The notes under the pieces were generated by a model. The model searched no databases, had not been told where the DNA came from, and saw nothing but the letters and a program-made list of their open reading frames with translations. 50,048 nt of DNA from Escherichia phage vB_EcoS_IME347. Shown here piece by piece: positions 33,915 through 44,083 of this stretch. The position numbers and the translations under genes were made by a program. The stretch is from sequence record MH051918; one strand, given 5' to 3'. How positions within the stretch are numbered: the first letter of the stretch is position 1; each line of letters begins with the position of its first letter.

Positions 33915-35780
33915 CTATCTCGCCTTCAGTAAGTCAGCGACAAGTGTTTTAAGATCCTCAACCTCACTTTCAAGCTTGCTGATTCTCTCCTTGTTTTCAA
34001 CGTCACGCGCACGAAGCGCCTTGATTGCAGCCATGCTATCAGTTACTAACGGGTTGAGATCTAAGCACATCATCCCAGGCGTGTTACCGTTAATGTGAAC
34101 ATATTCTTTATCGATCTTCATTACCTGCTGTGCGATAACACCTCTACGGGCAGACCTTTCAGGCGAATCAAAGGTGTATTTGAACAGCTTGAAATCCATG
34201 CGATTGATATTGTCAAGCGCCGACTCAATGTTCATACTGCCTTTGATATCCTTGACTCGCTCGTCAGAAGTTCCCGCTATCTGAAGCTGATTCCAAGGAA
34301 CTTGTGATTTTGGGGTTTGCGGGTTTCCAGTTTGCAGCCAACGACAATATGCGTTCCCCGATGGGTTTACCATAAATTGCGCCAATCTTGCAGGATCATA
34401 ACATGCTTGAAATCCAGCACCATTTGACGCAGCCCACAAAGTCCCGCCGTCATTCTCGGAAAAGAAGGAGTTTGCTGAAACGGTCGGCCTCGCGGCGTAC
34501 TGATATCCAACTCCATAATCCCCCTCAATTACCGATTTATTCCAATTACCCCACCCTAAACTAGGCGTGTAGAATCTAGCAACCCACCTGCCGTTATCGT
34601 CAAGCTGAGCCTGATAAACATCATTAACTCGCCTCATTACAATTCCGGGAGCATACGGCCTTGCATAGTTAACTCCGGGTATGCCAGCACCAGCGAAAAA
34701 TCCGTTTCTTTGAAGGTCGTTTGCGTTGTTTGGCGCGATCACTCCAGTGGTATTCAATCCGAATTCGTCTAATTTGTTGCTGATTCGATTGTCGACTTGA
34801 TTTGATGATTCAAATTTAACCCACGAAGTCCAGTTTACAGTAGAGCCTGACGGCATGCCTCGCCGCTTGTAAAATTCATCGGCGTTGTACGGGTGATAAA
34901 TTTGCGTCGCCTCATTCGCCCCGTTCGCGCCACTATAAAGCACAACGAGAACACCAGCCGCTTGCACTGGATAGTTATTCGCTGGAGTGGCGTTAGCCGT
35001 TGCCGCATTCAAGTGAAACCCTACGTTAGCATAACCAACTTTTGTGTTTAGATTTTCGCTTGCCGTCAGACTTTCGCGCGGCACGAATGGCACTTCAAGG
35101 TTATACCTTGCCGTAACCTTATTTAGCAGATCTGCAAGGTTCTGATCCTTCTTCATGAACGTGTTTGGCTGAAGTGAGTCAGCGTAACCTTTCGCGCGAT
35201 TGGCCTCGTTAGTTGCAGCCGTCGCCTTCTGGCTCGCCGTTGTCGCACTTCCAGATGCAGCCTGCGCTGATGATGCTGCGGCTTGCTGTGCAGATTGAGC
35301 CTGATTCCTTGCTGTTTCCGCACCTGTCTTTGCGTTGTTCGCTGCCGTTGCGCTTGATGCGGCGTTGTTCTTAAAGCCTTCCGCATCGTTTCGGAATTTC
35401 TGAGTCTGATTTTTCAGATCGATTAATTGCTGAAGATCGAAGTTTTCAAAGAATTCCAAAGCCTCTTCGATCTGTGTTTCTTTGCCCTGATAGTAACGCA
35501 AGGTTTCCGCAACGTCCTGCGCCATTCCGTCAACCGTCAGCGAATCACTGAGCAGGATCACATAATTCCCGTTCGGAACCGCCGAGCCGTCAGTTGAAAT
35601 AGCCGTCATTGAAGTGTCGCTTACGATCGTGTTAATCACCGCCAGCTTAATTGGACTCGTAAGGAATACGATCGTTGCACCAGTGCGAATCAAGGAAAGA
35701 GGCTCTTTCCACTTCGTCCCGGTGCCTGTAATGTTGCCTTGAGCGTCCATCGACGCCGTTCCATTTCTGTATAAAGCCAT
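33915..35780 (-). CDS. lateral tail fiber protein with C-terminal intramolecular chaperone (S74-like) domain
   Basis: 621 aa; C-terminal segment ...[11 protein letters not shown]... carries the SDxRxK signature of auto-cleaving chaperone domains of tail fibers/endosialidases; ends in a coiled-coil-like tail. Confidence 0.75.
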   Translation of the reverse strand: MALYRNGTASMDAQGNITGTGTKWKEPLSLIRTGATIVFLTSPIKLAVINTIVSDTSMTAISTDGSAVPNGNYVILLSDSLTVDGMAQDVAETLRYYQGKETQIEEALEFFENFDLQQLIDLKNQTQKFRNDAEGFKNNAASSATAANNAKTGAETARNQAQSAQQAAASSAQAASGSATTASQKATAATNEANRAKGYADSLQPNTFMKKDQNLADLLNKVTARYNLEVPFVPRESLTASENLNTKVGYANVGFHLNAATANATPANNYPVQAAGVLVVLYSGANGANEATQIYHPYNADEFYKRRGMPSGSTVNWTSWVKFESSNQVDNRISNKLDEFGLNTTGVIAPNNANDLQRNGFFAGAGIPGVNYARPYAPGIVMRRVNDVYQAQLDDNGRWVARFYTPSLGWGNWNKSVIEGDYGVGYQYAARPTVSANSFFSENDGGTLWAASNGAGFQACYDPARLAQFMVNPSGNAYCRWLQTGNPQTPKSQVPWNQLQIAGTSDERVKDIKGSMNIESALDNINRMDFKLFKYTFDSPERSARRGVIAQQVMKIDKEYVHINGNTPGMMCLDLNPLVTDSMAAIKALRARDVENKERISKLESEVEDLKTLVADLLKAR

Positions 35781-35797
35781 GGTAAATCCTCCAAGTA

Positions 35798-35817
35798 AAT
35801 AGCACTAATTGCTAAGC
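35798..35817. promoter_or_regulatory. intergenic motif copy (AAATAGCACTAATTGCTAAG) upstream of the tail fiber gene
   Basis: Palindromic motif variant between the primase terminator and the tail-fiber start. Confidence 0.4.
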
Positions 35818-35857
35818 ACCGATTTTATCATTGTGGTATGCGCCCGGCAATAGGGCA

Positions 35858-35881
35858 ATAAAAAACCCGCCGAAGCGGGTT
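35858..35881 (-). terminator. intrinsic terminator (- strand) after the primase gene
   Basis: Reverse complement gives aacccgc-ttcg-gcgggtt followed by a T run. Confidence 0.55.
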
Positions 35882-36824
35882 AGATTAAATCCGATGCCTG
35901 ATAAAGCTTGCGTTCCATTCCTGACCGGAAACCTCCCGGATTCGGGATTATCACCTTCAACTCCCGATCGTCCGCCATATACAGAGCTTCCTTATCATCC
36001 GGCGAACATGCAACGCGCAACTCCCTTCCTCCTCTGTACCTGTATGCAACCATTTCCAGATTGGCAGGGGTGAAGCACGTCCACACCTCCTGCCCCGTCG
36101 CAAGGTGTACTCGCTGCGAGTCAATCCAATCAACGCAAAGGTAAATCGCCTTCTCAGTAGAACCTGTCACGGCAACCGATCCGGCAGTGTGCTTCCTTGC
36201 ATAGAACGACTGCTCCCCCTCCTCATTAATGAATAGGATATTGCAAAACTCGTCGTCCAATTCATCTTCATGAACAAGGTGGCATGGAATGGCATGAATT
36301 ACCGATTCTCCGCCATTCTCCAGCGACTTCACGCCTACGGAGTACATCTTATCATCTGGTAGGAAGATCCCCTCATACGTGCTCAGTGGCGTCGTAGGGC
36401 GTAGTTCTGTCCTTTCCATTACAGCCGCGCAAGCCTCATGCTCTGCGATCGCAGCATTCACTACGGCAACCGGAGTGCGGCGAGCCTTTTTATTCGCCTT
36501 GACAATATACTCCTGCGGAACTTTACCCAAGAATCTCCCGGCAATATTGATTGCTTCGCTGTAGTCAGACCCGGAGAGTTTCATTAGCCAGCCGATACCC
36601 GTGTCGTTACCGCACGAGTTGCACACCGCGCCGCCGTCGCCCGGCTCATTTAGTTTATCAGTCCAGCGAAATCGATCTTTACCTCCGCAGTTTGGGCAAG
36701 GCTGGTGTTTCTTGTTAAAAACGTCGTTAGGTAGTCCGCAAACACTCTGCAAGATCTCACGCCACAGCCCTTTCATGTACGGAAGAACATCTTCTTTCTG
36801 GTACTGCATAAAGTTCTCGTTCAC
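35880..36824 (-). CDS. DNA primase (zinc-ribbon + TOPRIM-like)
   Basis: N-terminal zinc ribbon CPNCGG...CNSCGN and downstream acidic TOPRIM-like motifs; 314 aa. Confidence 0.7.
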   Translation of the reverse strand: MNENFMQYQKEDVLPYMKGLWREILQSVCGLPNDVFNKKHQPCPNCGGKDRFRWTDKLNEPGDGGAVCNSCGNDTGIGWLMKLSGSDYSEAINIAGRFLGKVPQEYIVKANKKARRTPVAVVNAAIAEHEACAAVMERTELRPTTPLSTYEGIFLPDDKMYSVGVKSLENGGESVIHAIPCHLVHEDELDDEFCNILFINEEGEQSFYARKHTAGSVAVTGSTEKAIYLCVDWIDSQRVHLATGQEVWTCFTPANLEMVAYRYRGGRELRVACSPDDKEALYMADDRELKVIIPNPGGFRSGMERKLYQASDLI

Positions 36825-36845
36825 TGAATTATCTCCAATAAAAAA

Positions 36846-36900
36846 CGCGTAACAGGAGTTTACCCGCTACGCGCTTTTGTGTTTTAGCTATTTGTGCTCT
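36846..36900 (-). promoter_or_regulatory. hairpin plus reverse-orientation motif copy at the end of the HTH gene
   Basis: On the - strand: motif GAGCACAAATAGCTAAAA (36883-36900, overlapping the stop of gene 36884..37327) followed by stem cgcgta..tacgcg and a T run. Confidence 0.45.
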
Positions 36901-37327
36901 CGACTTCATCCTTTCGAACTACGCGCATGAACTTGCGGTTCTTGCATCGTTTTTCAAGGCACTTTCCGTTAGAGTCGAACTTGAGATCGAATCGCAGCCA
37001 GCTTGCGCGATACCCGGTACAACCCTGACGACGATACGCGCGATGCGCCGCCTCCGCTCCCTGCCAAGAAATCATGCCGCGAACTTTCCATTCGTTCACA
37101 TTCTGATTTGTTACCTTCAGGGCTTTCGCCGTGGCGGAGGGGGAGCCGTAGAATTCGATCAGGGCGTCAAGTCTGGCGCGTAGTCCGGCGCGAACCTCAT
37201 CTTTCAGGATGTAGAATCCGCATCGCTTGCGAGGCTTTACATCTTTGCCCCGTCGTGTACCATTGTTCCCGTTCAGGTGACGACGATCGATTTCCCCGGT
37301 TGATTCTGCAATACGCTTGATTGTCAT
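36884..37327 (-). CDS. HTH-domain protein (YdaS/Cro-like), putative regulator
   Basis: Central segment GSPSATAKALKVTNQNVNEWKVRGMIS resembles a YdaS/Cro-type helix-turn-helix; divergent from the helicase gene. Confidence 0.4.
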   Translation of the reverse strand: MTIKRIAESTGEIDRRHLNGNNGTRRGKDVKPRKRCGFYILKDEVRAGLRARLDALIEFYGSPSATAKALKVTNQNVNEWKVRGMISWQGAEAAHRAYRRQGCTGYRASWLRFDLKFDSNGKCLEKRCKNRKFMRVVRKDEVESTNS

Positions 37328-37339
37328 AATAAATTCCTC

Positions 37340-37359
37340 AATAGCACTTTTTGTTAAAA
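37340..37359 (+). promoter_or_regulatory. intergenic motif copy (AATAGCACTTTTTGTTAAAA) upstream of the helicase gene
   Basis: Variant motif followed by inverted repeat gcgtg..cacgc enclosing TATTATAC. Confidence 0.45.
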
Positions 37360-37420
37360 CTAACTAATCGATGCGTGTATTATACAGTCAACGCACGAGT
37401 AACGCAAAGGATTAAGAACA

Positions 37421-39472
37421 GTGAAAATCACCCAAGAGACACGAGAGTATTTCCGCACTCAAAACATTAAAAAACAGATCGCAATGCTCGGGGAGGATTA
37501 CATCCGACGCACTCAGGAGCGCTTCCGGGTTGGCGATATCACCCCTTACGAATATCAGGTTGCGGCATACTTTGAGATCGCGAAGCGACTCGGGAAAGAG
37601 TACGAACATCCATTTTACGTAAAAGCCTCAGTATCTGCGGGCAAGACGATTATCTTCGCGATGGTGGCGAAACAATGTCAGGCGATGGGGCTGAAAATGC
37701 TCGTTCTCGCTCGTCAAGGTGAGATTGTGGATCAGGACAGTGAGGAGATTGACAACTTCGGAGTTCCGAATTCCATCTTCTCCGCATCGCTCGGAATCAA
37801 GTCCTGCCACTTCCCGATCGTGGTTGGCTCCGAAGGTACTGTAGGCAATGGCCTGTTCAATGAGTTATCCGATTTTGTCCCGCACGTAATCGGGATCGAT
37901 GAATGTCACCAAGTCGATTGGGAGGACGTGGCGAAGGCGATCGAAGGCAAAGAGTCCTATGCGCAAATGACCACGGATAAGGGATCTATCGTAATGGACG
38001 GCGATATTCCTCTGATTGGTGATGATGGATTGCCAGTTACCGGAACGAAGCGTTCTCAGTACACCGTAATCATCGTCGAAATGATGCGCCGTTGCCGGGA
38101 GAGATACGGGCATGAGTTGCGCGTGTTTGGCATGACGGGATCGGAGTATCGCGGCGTCGTTCCAATTCTCGTTGAGAACAAAAAGCTCGTTGGCTTCTGG
38201 CGTGAGCAGGTGACGAACATTGACACGAACTACCTGATTGAGTTCGGCTCAGTTGTCCCAACCGTGTTTGGCTCAACCGAGGGGGTTCATTACGATCTCG
38301 ACAAGTTCAAGGCGAGCGCCGAAGATGGTGTGTCGGACTTCTCAGAGAAAGAAATGAAGGCGATGGAGGCCGAAATCGTCAAGGATAAATCCTTGACCGA
38401 GAAGATTATGAAGATGGTTGCGAAGGAGGCGGAGAAGCGCAACGCCGTGCTTATCACCTGCGCCGGGCAGCGCCATTGCAAAGAAGCTGCGGCGGCATTG
38501 CCGCCGGGAAGCACTTACGCGATCATTACGGACAAGACAAGCCCGAAAGCACGACAGAAGATTTTGGACGACGTTCGCGCCGGGAAAATCAAGTACACCT
38601 TTCAGGTAATGGCGTTAACGACGGGCGTAAACGTTCCGAATTGGGACTTCTCCGTTATCCTACGCAAGATCGGCTCGCTGACATTGCTGATTCAGCTTTT
38701 AGGGCGCGGAATGCGACTGCTGAAGAAATGGCAAATTGAGCAGGGAATGGTTAAGACTGACCATCTTGTATGGGACTTCGCCGGAACTATGGACGAGTTG
38801 GGGCAGCTTTATTTCGATCCAATTTTGGAACAAGCTCAATATCAGCGCCGTTTCGAAAACGGGAAAGACCCGAAGAAATGCGAATTATGCGGTCACGAAA
38901 ACAGCTTCTATGCGCGTCGTTGCGTGAACGTTATCAACGGCCAGCGCTGTGAGCACTTCTGGACATATCAGACCTGTGAAGATCAGGTAGACGAGAAAAC
39001 AAACAAGGTTCTCGTTAAGGGCTGCGGGGCGAAAAACGACGTGGTAGCGCGTGTTTGCCGTTGCTGTGACGTATCGCTTGTCGATCCTAACCTGAAGTTA
39101 TCCGGCAAGGCGTACACGAAAAACGATTGGTACGACGTGAAACACTTCGAAGTTAAGTTGACGAAAAACCAAAAGGGGATAATATTCCATTACGTCCTTG
39201 ATAATGGCGAGGGTGAATTTAATGCATACGAAAAATTCTTCCCGGAGTCCGATGCGAAAGTGTGCGGGACGCTGTGGAAAACGAAAGGTGTATTGCCGCA
39301 CGTATTCGATCCGAAGATGCGCAAATACTTCATTGGGATGAAGAAAGCAATCAAGATCCTGCAATACGCACACCACATTAAAGCGCCTGTTAGAGTCACT
39401 CACCGCCGCAACGCGAAGAAAGAGGACTTAATCAGCCGCAAAGATTTCGGAATGGAGGAAATTCCAGAATGA
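37421..39472 (+). CDS. superfamily II DNA helicase (DExH-box)
   Basis: Walker A VSAGKTIIF and DExH motif GIDECHQ; C-terminal Cys-rich zinc-finger-like region; GTG start as in the track. Confidence 0.75.
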   Translation: MKITQETREYFRTQNIKKQIAMLGEDYIRRTQERFRVGDITPYEYQVAAYFEIAKRLGKEYEHPFYVKASVSAGKTIIFAMVAKQCQAMGLKMLVLARQGEIVDQDSEEIDNFGVPNSIFSASLGIKSCHFPIVVGSEGTVGNGLFNELSDFVPHVIGIDECHQVDWEDVAKAIEGKESYAQMTTDKGSIVMDGDIPLIGDDGLPVTGTKRSQYTVIIVEMMRRCRERYGHELRVFGMTGSEYRGVVPILVENKKLVGFWREQVTNIDTNYLIEFGSVVPTVFGSTEGVHYDLDKFKASAEDGVSDFSEKEMKAMEAEIVKDKSLTEKIMKMVAKEAEKRNAVLITCAGQRHCKEAAAALPPGSTYAIITDKTSPKARQKILDDVRAGKIKYTFQVMALTTGVNVPNWDFSVILRKIGSLTLLIQLLGRGMRLLKKWQIEQGMVKTDHLVWDFAGTMDELGQLYFDPILEQAQYQRRFENGKDPKKCELCGHENSFYARRCVNVINGQRCEHFWTYQTCEDQVDEKTNKVLVKGCGAKNDVVARVCRCCDVSLVDPNLKLSGKAYTKNDWYDVKHFEVKLTKNQKGIIFHYVLDNGEGEFNAYEKFFPESDAKVCGTLWKTKGVLPHVFDPKMRKYFIGMKKAIKILQYAHHIKAPVRVTHRRNAKKEDLISRKDFGMEEIPE

Positions 39473-39894
39473 TTACAGATAAGGGCGATTATTTAGAGTT
39501 TTACGAGCGCGACCCGAGCGACACGAGAAAGGAGGTAGTTCACCAAATTGAGAGCACTTCCTTTTTGAAAGTTCGACACCCTGACTTGCTGTTTTGGCAT
39601 AGTGTCAACGAGAACGAGAAGAGCAAGGCGACCGCAATGATTGATCAGCAATCCGGCTTATTGAAGGGAGTTAGTGACTTCGTTTTCCTGATTGGTTTCA
39701 ATCACCGATACCCGTTCGCCGCAATCGAACTTAAGCGCGTGAATAAGTCCGGCAAAGGCAAGGCGTCACCCGTAAGCGATGAACAGAAAGCCTTCTTGCG
39801 GAAGGTCAGGGAGCGAGGCGGGTTCGCCGCAGTAGCCTACGGGGTGGAGCAGTTAAAACTCGCAGTAGCTGAAATGCTCAAACAGCACGAATAG
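39469..39894 (+). CDS. VRR-NUC domain nuclease
   Basis: 141 aa; GVSDFV...AIELKRVN...EQKAF pattern typical of VRR-NUC; ATGA overlap with the helicase gene. Confidence 0.6.
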   Translation: MITDKGDYLEFYERDPSDTRKEVVHQIESTSFLKVRHPDLLFWHSVNENEKSKATAMIDQQSGLLKGVSDFVFLIGFNHRYPFAAIELKRVNKSGKGKASPVSDEQKAFLRKVRERGGFAAVAYGVEQLKLAVAEMLKQHE

Positions 39895-39954
39895 CTAAAA
39901 CAGCCGGAAAGGAATCCGGCATAATCACCACATCGAAACAACGGAGAGAAACAA

Positions 39955-40668
39955 ATGAAAGATATCGAAGATATTTCAACGATCGACTTTGCGGAAACTG
40001 GATGTTCATTTACTCGCGAAGCGCTGGCGGTTTCCGGGTATTATTCAGCGGTTAAAACTCCAACCTGCAAAGAAATCTCAGGCCGCAGATACAAGGGAAC
40101 CAATACGCCGGACGCCGTTCGCGATCTGTGGAGCACTTCTCGCGAGGTCATTGCGTACATGGAAGGCAGATATGGGAAATATGATCTTGACGCTGCGGCG
40201 AGCGAAGATAATAAGGTCTGTGAGAAATTCTACTCACAGGAAACTAACTGCCTAAAAAGATGGTGGGGCAAGAACAAGCACGTTTGGCTGAATCCGCCAT
40301 ACAGCCGCCCGGACGCCTTCGTTAAAAAGGCTATTGAGCAAATGGAGCACGGAAACCAAATTGACATGCTTCTGCCCGCCGATAATTCTACGGCATGGTT
40401 TACTGAGGCTCGCCGTAACGCTGCGGAAATCATCTGGATTGAAGGCGATCTTTATCAGGATCTTGACGGTACGGAATACTCCCGTTCAGGACGTTTGGCC
40501 TTCATTTCTGGTGAAACCGGAAAGCCAGTTGACGGCAACAATAAAGGCTCTGTTATCTTTATCATGCGCCAACTCGCGGAAGGTGAGAAGCAGAAAACCC
40601 ACTATGTCAGCATTGCGGATATTTGCCCGTCCGTTAAAAACAAACGCGCAAGAGCGAGGAATATCTAA
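39955..40668 (+). CDS. dam: DNA N6-adenine methyltransferase (phage Dam-type)
   Basis: Catalytic NPPY motif (WLNPPYS); 237 aa; follows replication genes as in T1-like phages. Confidence 0.75.
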   Translation: MKDIEDISTIDFAETGCSFTREALAVSGYYSAVKTPTCKEISGRRYKGTNTPDAVRDLWSTSREVIAYMEGRYGKYDLDAAASEDNKVCEKFYSQETNCLKRWWGKNKHVWLNPPYSRPDAFVKKAIEQMEHGNQIDMLLPADNSTAWFTEARRNAAEIIWIEGDLYQDLDGTEYSRSGRLAFISGETGKPVDGNNKGSVIFIMRQLAEGEKQKTHYVSIADICPSVKNKRARARNI

Positions 40669-40910
40669 TGAATGAGAAAACTGTTTGCCTGAATGAATTT
40701 GGTCAATGGATGCTGTTCCGTGGGCTGGCGTGTTATGCGCTGGAGCGTCACGGCTTGACGGAAAAGGAATTGGGTTGCTCCCTTTGGGAATTCACGGAGT
40801 CGCTTGATATGTCATTCGAGGAAATTCGAAGTCTTGATTTGGCTCAGTGGGCTACAAAAGTAATGGCGGACGCCGAAGAGCTTAGAAACGAGATCGTGAA
40901 AAAGCACTAA
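40668..40910 (+). CDS. hypothetical protein (80 aa)
   Basis: ATGA overlap with dam; stop adjacent to a motif copy at 40901-40918. Confidence 0.45.
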   Translation: MNEKTVCLNEFGQWMLFRGLACYALERHGLTEKELGCSLWEFTESLDMSFEEIRSLDLAQWATKVMADAEELRNEIVKKH

Positions 40911-40975
40911 TTGCTAAACGTACCCGGCGCAAGTCGGGTATTATTGTTTTATTGAAACGAAACGGAGAATCACAA

Positions 40976-41173
40976 ATGACTCGCATCAATGAAGCTTTCT
41001 TTAAAATGGCTCAGTCCTCCGCTAAGACGGCGACGGAATTAACCTCGTATCACGCCGGGCAATTTGATTGGGCTATCGCAATGGACTTCCTGAAAATGGC
41101 TTACTACCGTTGCACCGTTGAGGATATGGAAGGTTTCATTCGTGACGTTGAGAAGGTACTGAATAGTGATTAA
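40976..41173 (+). CDS. hypothetical protein (65 aa)
   Basis: ATG at 40976 after ACGGAGAA; in frame with track ORF 40952..41173. Confidence 0.4.
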   Translation: MTRINEAFFKMAQSSAKTATELTSYHAGQFDWAIAMDFLKMAYYRCTVEDMEGFIRDVEKVLNSD

Positions 41174-41438
41174 AGAATCTGGAAGGCAAGCCGTTTGGAG
41201 TCACGCAAAAGAAACGGGGCTGGCGGACGGGATCGCACTAATTGCTAAATACTTCGATATAAAAGACGTTAGTATTATCGGCAACGGGAAGATAACCTTC
41301 ATCGAAGAGCTTCCCCGGAAGTGCCACCGAGTCCCGGCAACTCCCGGACTTGAGTTTTACCGGGAGGAGGGTAAGCGAATCATGCAAGAATTTAAGGCGA
41401 GCAAAAATGACAAGAGAACTTCCCGGCTTAAACGGTAA
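41166..41438 (+). CDS. hypothetical protein (90 aa)
   Basis: Overlapping start; ORF in track. Confidence 0.4.
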   Translation: MIKESGRQAVWSHAKETGLADGIALIAKYFDIKDVSIIGNGKITFIEELPRKCHRVPATPGLEFYREEGKRIMQEFKASKNDKRTSRLKR

Positions 41439-41737
41439 CTTTGACGGCTACCCGATCGTTGAGTTCGAAGGGGAGAAATATCGGGAGATTCCATTCTCTG
41501 ATTGGTTGCCTTCGGATTTCGAAACAGTTCCATGCAGCAGGGGGGGCGGTCTTATCCCGATGTGGTATAGCCCGGCTCGAAACCTTATGGTGTTTGATAA
41601 CGGCTGCGGAATGAAACCCTCCGATCTCAAAGTCTGGTTGAGGAAACTGTAGAATGTTCGGTTACTTTGGTGTAGTATTCACCCCCGTAATAGCTTTCAC
41701 TCTCATTTATTTAATTGTAATGTAAGGAATTAGAAAT

Positions 41738-42877
41738 ATGTCAATGTCAAAAATCACAACCGAACAGCTTATCGAAGAGCGCGAAAACGGCCTGACCCTT
41801 CGCGAGATCGCGGAGAAGTACGGGATGCATATCCGCACGGTTGAGGCTCGACACGCGAAGCTTGCAAAGGAAGGTCACTTCCACGGCAACAAGCACGTAG
41901 CCGCCAACGTTCCGACCGGGTTCGCCGTAAAAGGTACGTCCGTCATGATTGACGCCGAAGGCAACGAAAAGGTTCGCTGGGTTAAGACCGATCAGGACAA
42001 AGAGAAGATTTACCAACTCATGCAAGCGGCGCAGGTTGCATTTTGCGAAGAGTTGCCGCGCGAAGCCCCAACCCCGATCGAAATAAACAAGCGATTCGAC
42101 GAGGATTCGCTGGCGCTTTACCCGGTATTCGATCTTCATATCGGCGCACTGGCGCACAAGCACGAGTCCGGCGAGAACTACTCCACCGATATCGCGGAAG
42201 ATGTTCTGAACAAGTATTTCGGCTATGCAGTCGGCAAGGCTCCTAACGCACAAAAAGCCGTCCTGTTAATCGGCGGTGACTTCCTGCACTCTGACGGCCT
42301 TGACGCTGTTACCCCGGCAAGCGGTCATGTTCTGGATCAGGACTCGCGTTATGCCAAACTGGTTTACGTCGCAATCCGCGCTACTCGCCGGGCGATCGCT
42401 AAGATGCTGGAGAAACATGCTGAGGTTGAGGTTCAGATTATCGAAGGCAACCACGATCAGGCAGGTATGATTTGGCTACGCGCTGCAATGGCGGCATACT
42501 ACGAGGACGAGCCGCGCGTGAACGTTGACGTTAGCCCGATGATTCTGCACAAAACCCGTTGGGGCAAAACGCTGTTAGGCTACACTCACGGTCACACGAT
42601 GAAGAAAGCGGACACTCGCCTTGCAGCAATGGCGGCAGACTTCCGCGATGATTTCGGCGCGAGCAAGTACGTTTACACTCACAGCGGTCATTGGCATCAC
42701 CAGACGATCACCGAGCATACGTTGGGTATCGACGAGGTTCACGGTCAACTCGGGGCGAAGGATGCTTATGCGGCTCGCGGCGGCTGGCGAGCGTACCGTC
42801 AAGCGGCTGTTATCGTGTACTCAAAAGAGTTTGGCGAGATCGGGCGCTTTATCTACCGTCCAGAAATGACGGCGTAA
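41738..42877 (+). CDS. HTH-fused calcineurin-like metallophosphoesterase
   Basis: N-terminal HTH-like LTLREIAEKYGMHIRTV; phosphoesterase motifs DLHIG, GGDFLHSD, GNHD, GHTH/GHWH in canonical order; RBS AAGGAA. Confidence 0.65.
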   Translation: MSMSKITTEQLIEERENGLTLREIAEKYGMHIRTVEARHAKLAKEGHFHGNKHVAANVPTGFAVKGTSVMIDAEGNEKVRWVKTDQDKEKIYQLMQAAQVAFCEELPREAPTPIEINKRFDEDSLALYPVFDLHIGALAHKHESGENYSTDIAEDVLNKYFGYAVGKAPNAQKAVLLIGGDFLHSDGLDAVTPASGHVLDQDSRYAKLVYVAIRATRRAIAKMLEKHAEVEVQIIEGNHDQAGMIWLRAAMAAYYEDEPRVNVDVSPMILHKTRWGKTLLGYTHGHTMKKADTRLAAMAADFRDDFGASKYVYTHSGHWHHQTITEHTLGIDEVHGQLGAKDAYAARGGWRAYRQAAVIVYSKEFGEIGRFIYRPEMTA

Positions 42878-42896
42878 ATAGCACAAATAGCTAAAG
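42876..42896 (+). promoter_or_regulatory. intergenic motif copy (AAATAGCACAAATAGCTAAAG) with hairpin + TTATAGT
   Basis: Motif overlaps stop TAA; followed by inverted repeat ggggtaacg..gttacccc. Confidence 0.45.
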
Positions 42897-42951
42897 ACAA
42901 ATCAGGGGTAACGAGTTATAGTTACCCCACACAAACAAAGGAGATTTAGCA

Positions 42952-43059
42952 ATGAAAGAGTTCATCTTGAAAACTGTAATCCCATTCGTTGCCGGAGCAG
43001 CAGTAACGGGCTTCTTTATTTGGGTTTTGTCTTTGGCTGGAGACTTCAACGGTTTCTGA
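42952..43059 (+). CDS. small membrane peptide (35 aa)
   Basis: AAGGAG RBS; hydrophobic translation MKEFILKTVIPFVAGAAVTGFFIWVLSLAGDFNGF; below track cutoff. Confidence 0.25.
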   Translation: MKEFILKTVIPFVAGAAVTGFFIWVLSLAGDFNGF

Positions 43060-43069
43060 GGAAAAATAA

Positions 43070-43246
43070 ATGACTCGTGTAAAGTGCATTCGCAATGATT
43101 CCAAATCGCTCCCGTTCCAAGTGAACCAGATCTACTCTGTGGGCTACCATCACGGCGGCGGGATTTACGAGATCTACGACGGGCAAGGCTCTGCAATCCA
43201 AGCGCCTCTGAACGGATTCTATCTCGAATTCATTGCCGTAAAATAA
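43070..43246 (+). CDS. small hypothetical protein (58 aa)
   Basis: ATG at 43070; followed by an intrinsic terminator; N-terminal motif related to ORF 4726 and 7442. Confidence 0.3.
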   Translation: MTRVKCIRNDSKSLPFQVNQIYSVGYHHGGGIYEIYDGQGSAIQAPLNGFYLEFIAVK

Positions 43247-43271
43247 ACCATGCAAATCAATCAAATAACCT

Positions 43272-43297
43272 AAAGGGGGCTTTATGCCTCCTTTTTG
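43272..43297 (+). terminator. intrinsic terminator upstream of the lysis cassette
   Basis: gggggc-ttta-tgcctcc hairpin followed by a T5 run. Confidence 0.5.
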
Positions 43298-43367
43298 TGC
43301 TGTTCCTTTTCTGACCCCCTTCCTATATTATATCCCCACTACATTTTTTAACTTTGGGGAATAATCC

Positions 43368-43583
43368 ATGAAAGACTTTATTAACGCTGCAATGTCCGGC
43401 ACGGGCGGAGCAACCCTCACGAGTGCGGCAACCGGGCAGTTGATGATCGCCGCGCTGACCTTCGTTTTCTTTATGTCCTTTGGTGTTTGGGGCGCTTACT
43501 GGAAGTACCGAGACAGCAAAGCGATCCGGGAAGCTATCGACGCCGGGGATCTGAAAACAGCAATCTCAATCAGGAATAAATAA
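43368..43583 (+). CDS. holin (pinholin-like, two predicted TMDs)
   Basis: 71 aa; weakly hydrophobic Gly/Ala/Thr-rich TMD1 and hydrophobic TMD2, charged C-terminus; immediately upstream of the endolysin. Confidence 0.55.
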   Translation: MKDFINAAMSGTGGATLTSAATGQLMIAALTFVFFMSFGVWGAYWKYRDSKAIREAIDAGDLKTAISIRNK

Positions 43584-43585
43584 TT

Positions 43586-44083
43586 ATGGGCGCAATCAAA
43601 AATACATTGGTTGCGGCTGGCGTTTCTTCTGCGCTTGTCCTCATGCCGCAACTGATCGAGAAGTACGAGGATGTGAAGTTTGAAGTCTACTACGATATCG
43701 CGGGCGTCCCAACTGTATGCGCTGGCATTACCGGGAAAGACGTGATTATCGGCAAGAAGTACACGAAGCGGGAGTGTGACGCTCTGCTCATTAAGCATAT
43801 CAATTATGCTGCGTCGCAGGTTGATAAAGCCGTCACCTATCCGATCCCGGTAACGATGCGGGCGGCGATGTACAGCTTCGCCTACAATGCCGGAACCGGA
43901 GCGTTTCGCAAATCAACCATGCTCAAACTGATTAATAAGGGTGAGCTTAAAGCGGCCTGTAACGAGCTATGGAAGTGGACTTACTTCTATAACCCCAAGA
44001 CAGGCAAGAAAGAGAAATCGCGCGGCCTGAAGAACCGCAGGGCTTCAGAATTTGAATATTGCATGAAGGAGTTGCCGAAATGA
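43586..44083 (+). CDS. SAR-type endolysin (GH24 lysozyme, phage 21 R / P1 Lyz-like)
   Basis: N-terminal signal-anchor-release-like segment; catalytic region [25 protein letters not shown] and downstream [16 protein letters not shown]...WTY resemble SAR lysozymes. Confidence 0.8.
   Translation: MGAIKNTLVAAGVSSALVLMPQLIEKYEDVKFEVYYDIAGVPTVCAGITGKDVIIGKKYTKRECDALLIKHINYAASQVDKAVTYPIPVTMRAAMYSFAYNAGTGAFRKSTMLKLINKGELKAACNELWKWTYFYNPKTGKKEKSRGLKNRRASEFEYCMKELPK

Noticed and set aside
35153-35386. Arg-rich 77-aa ORF on the - strand inside the tail fiber gene (alternative frame)
   Set aside because: Low-complexity translation produced by GC-rich codons of the fiber gene in another frame; no RBS.
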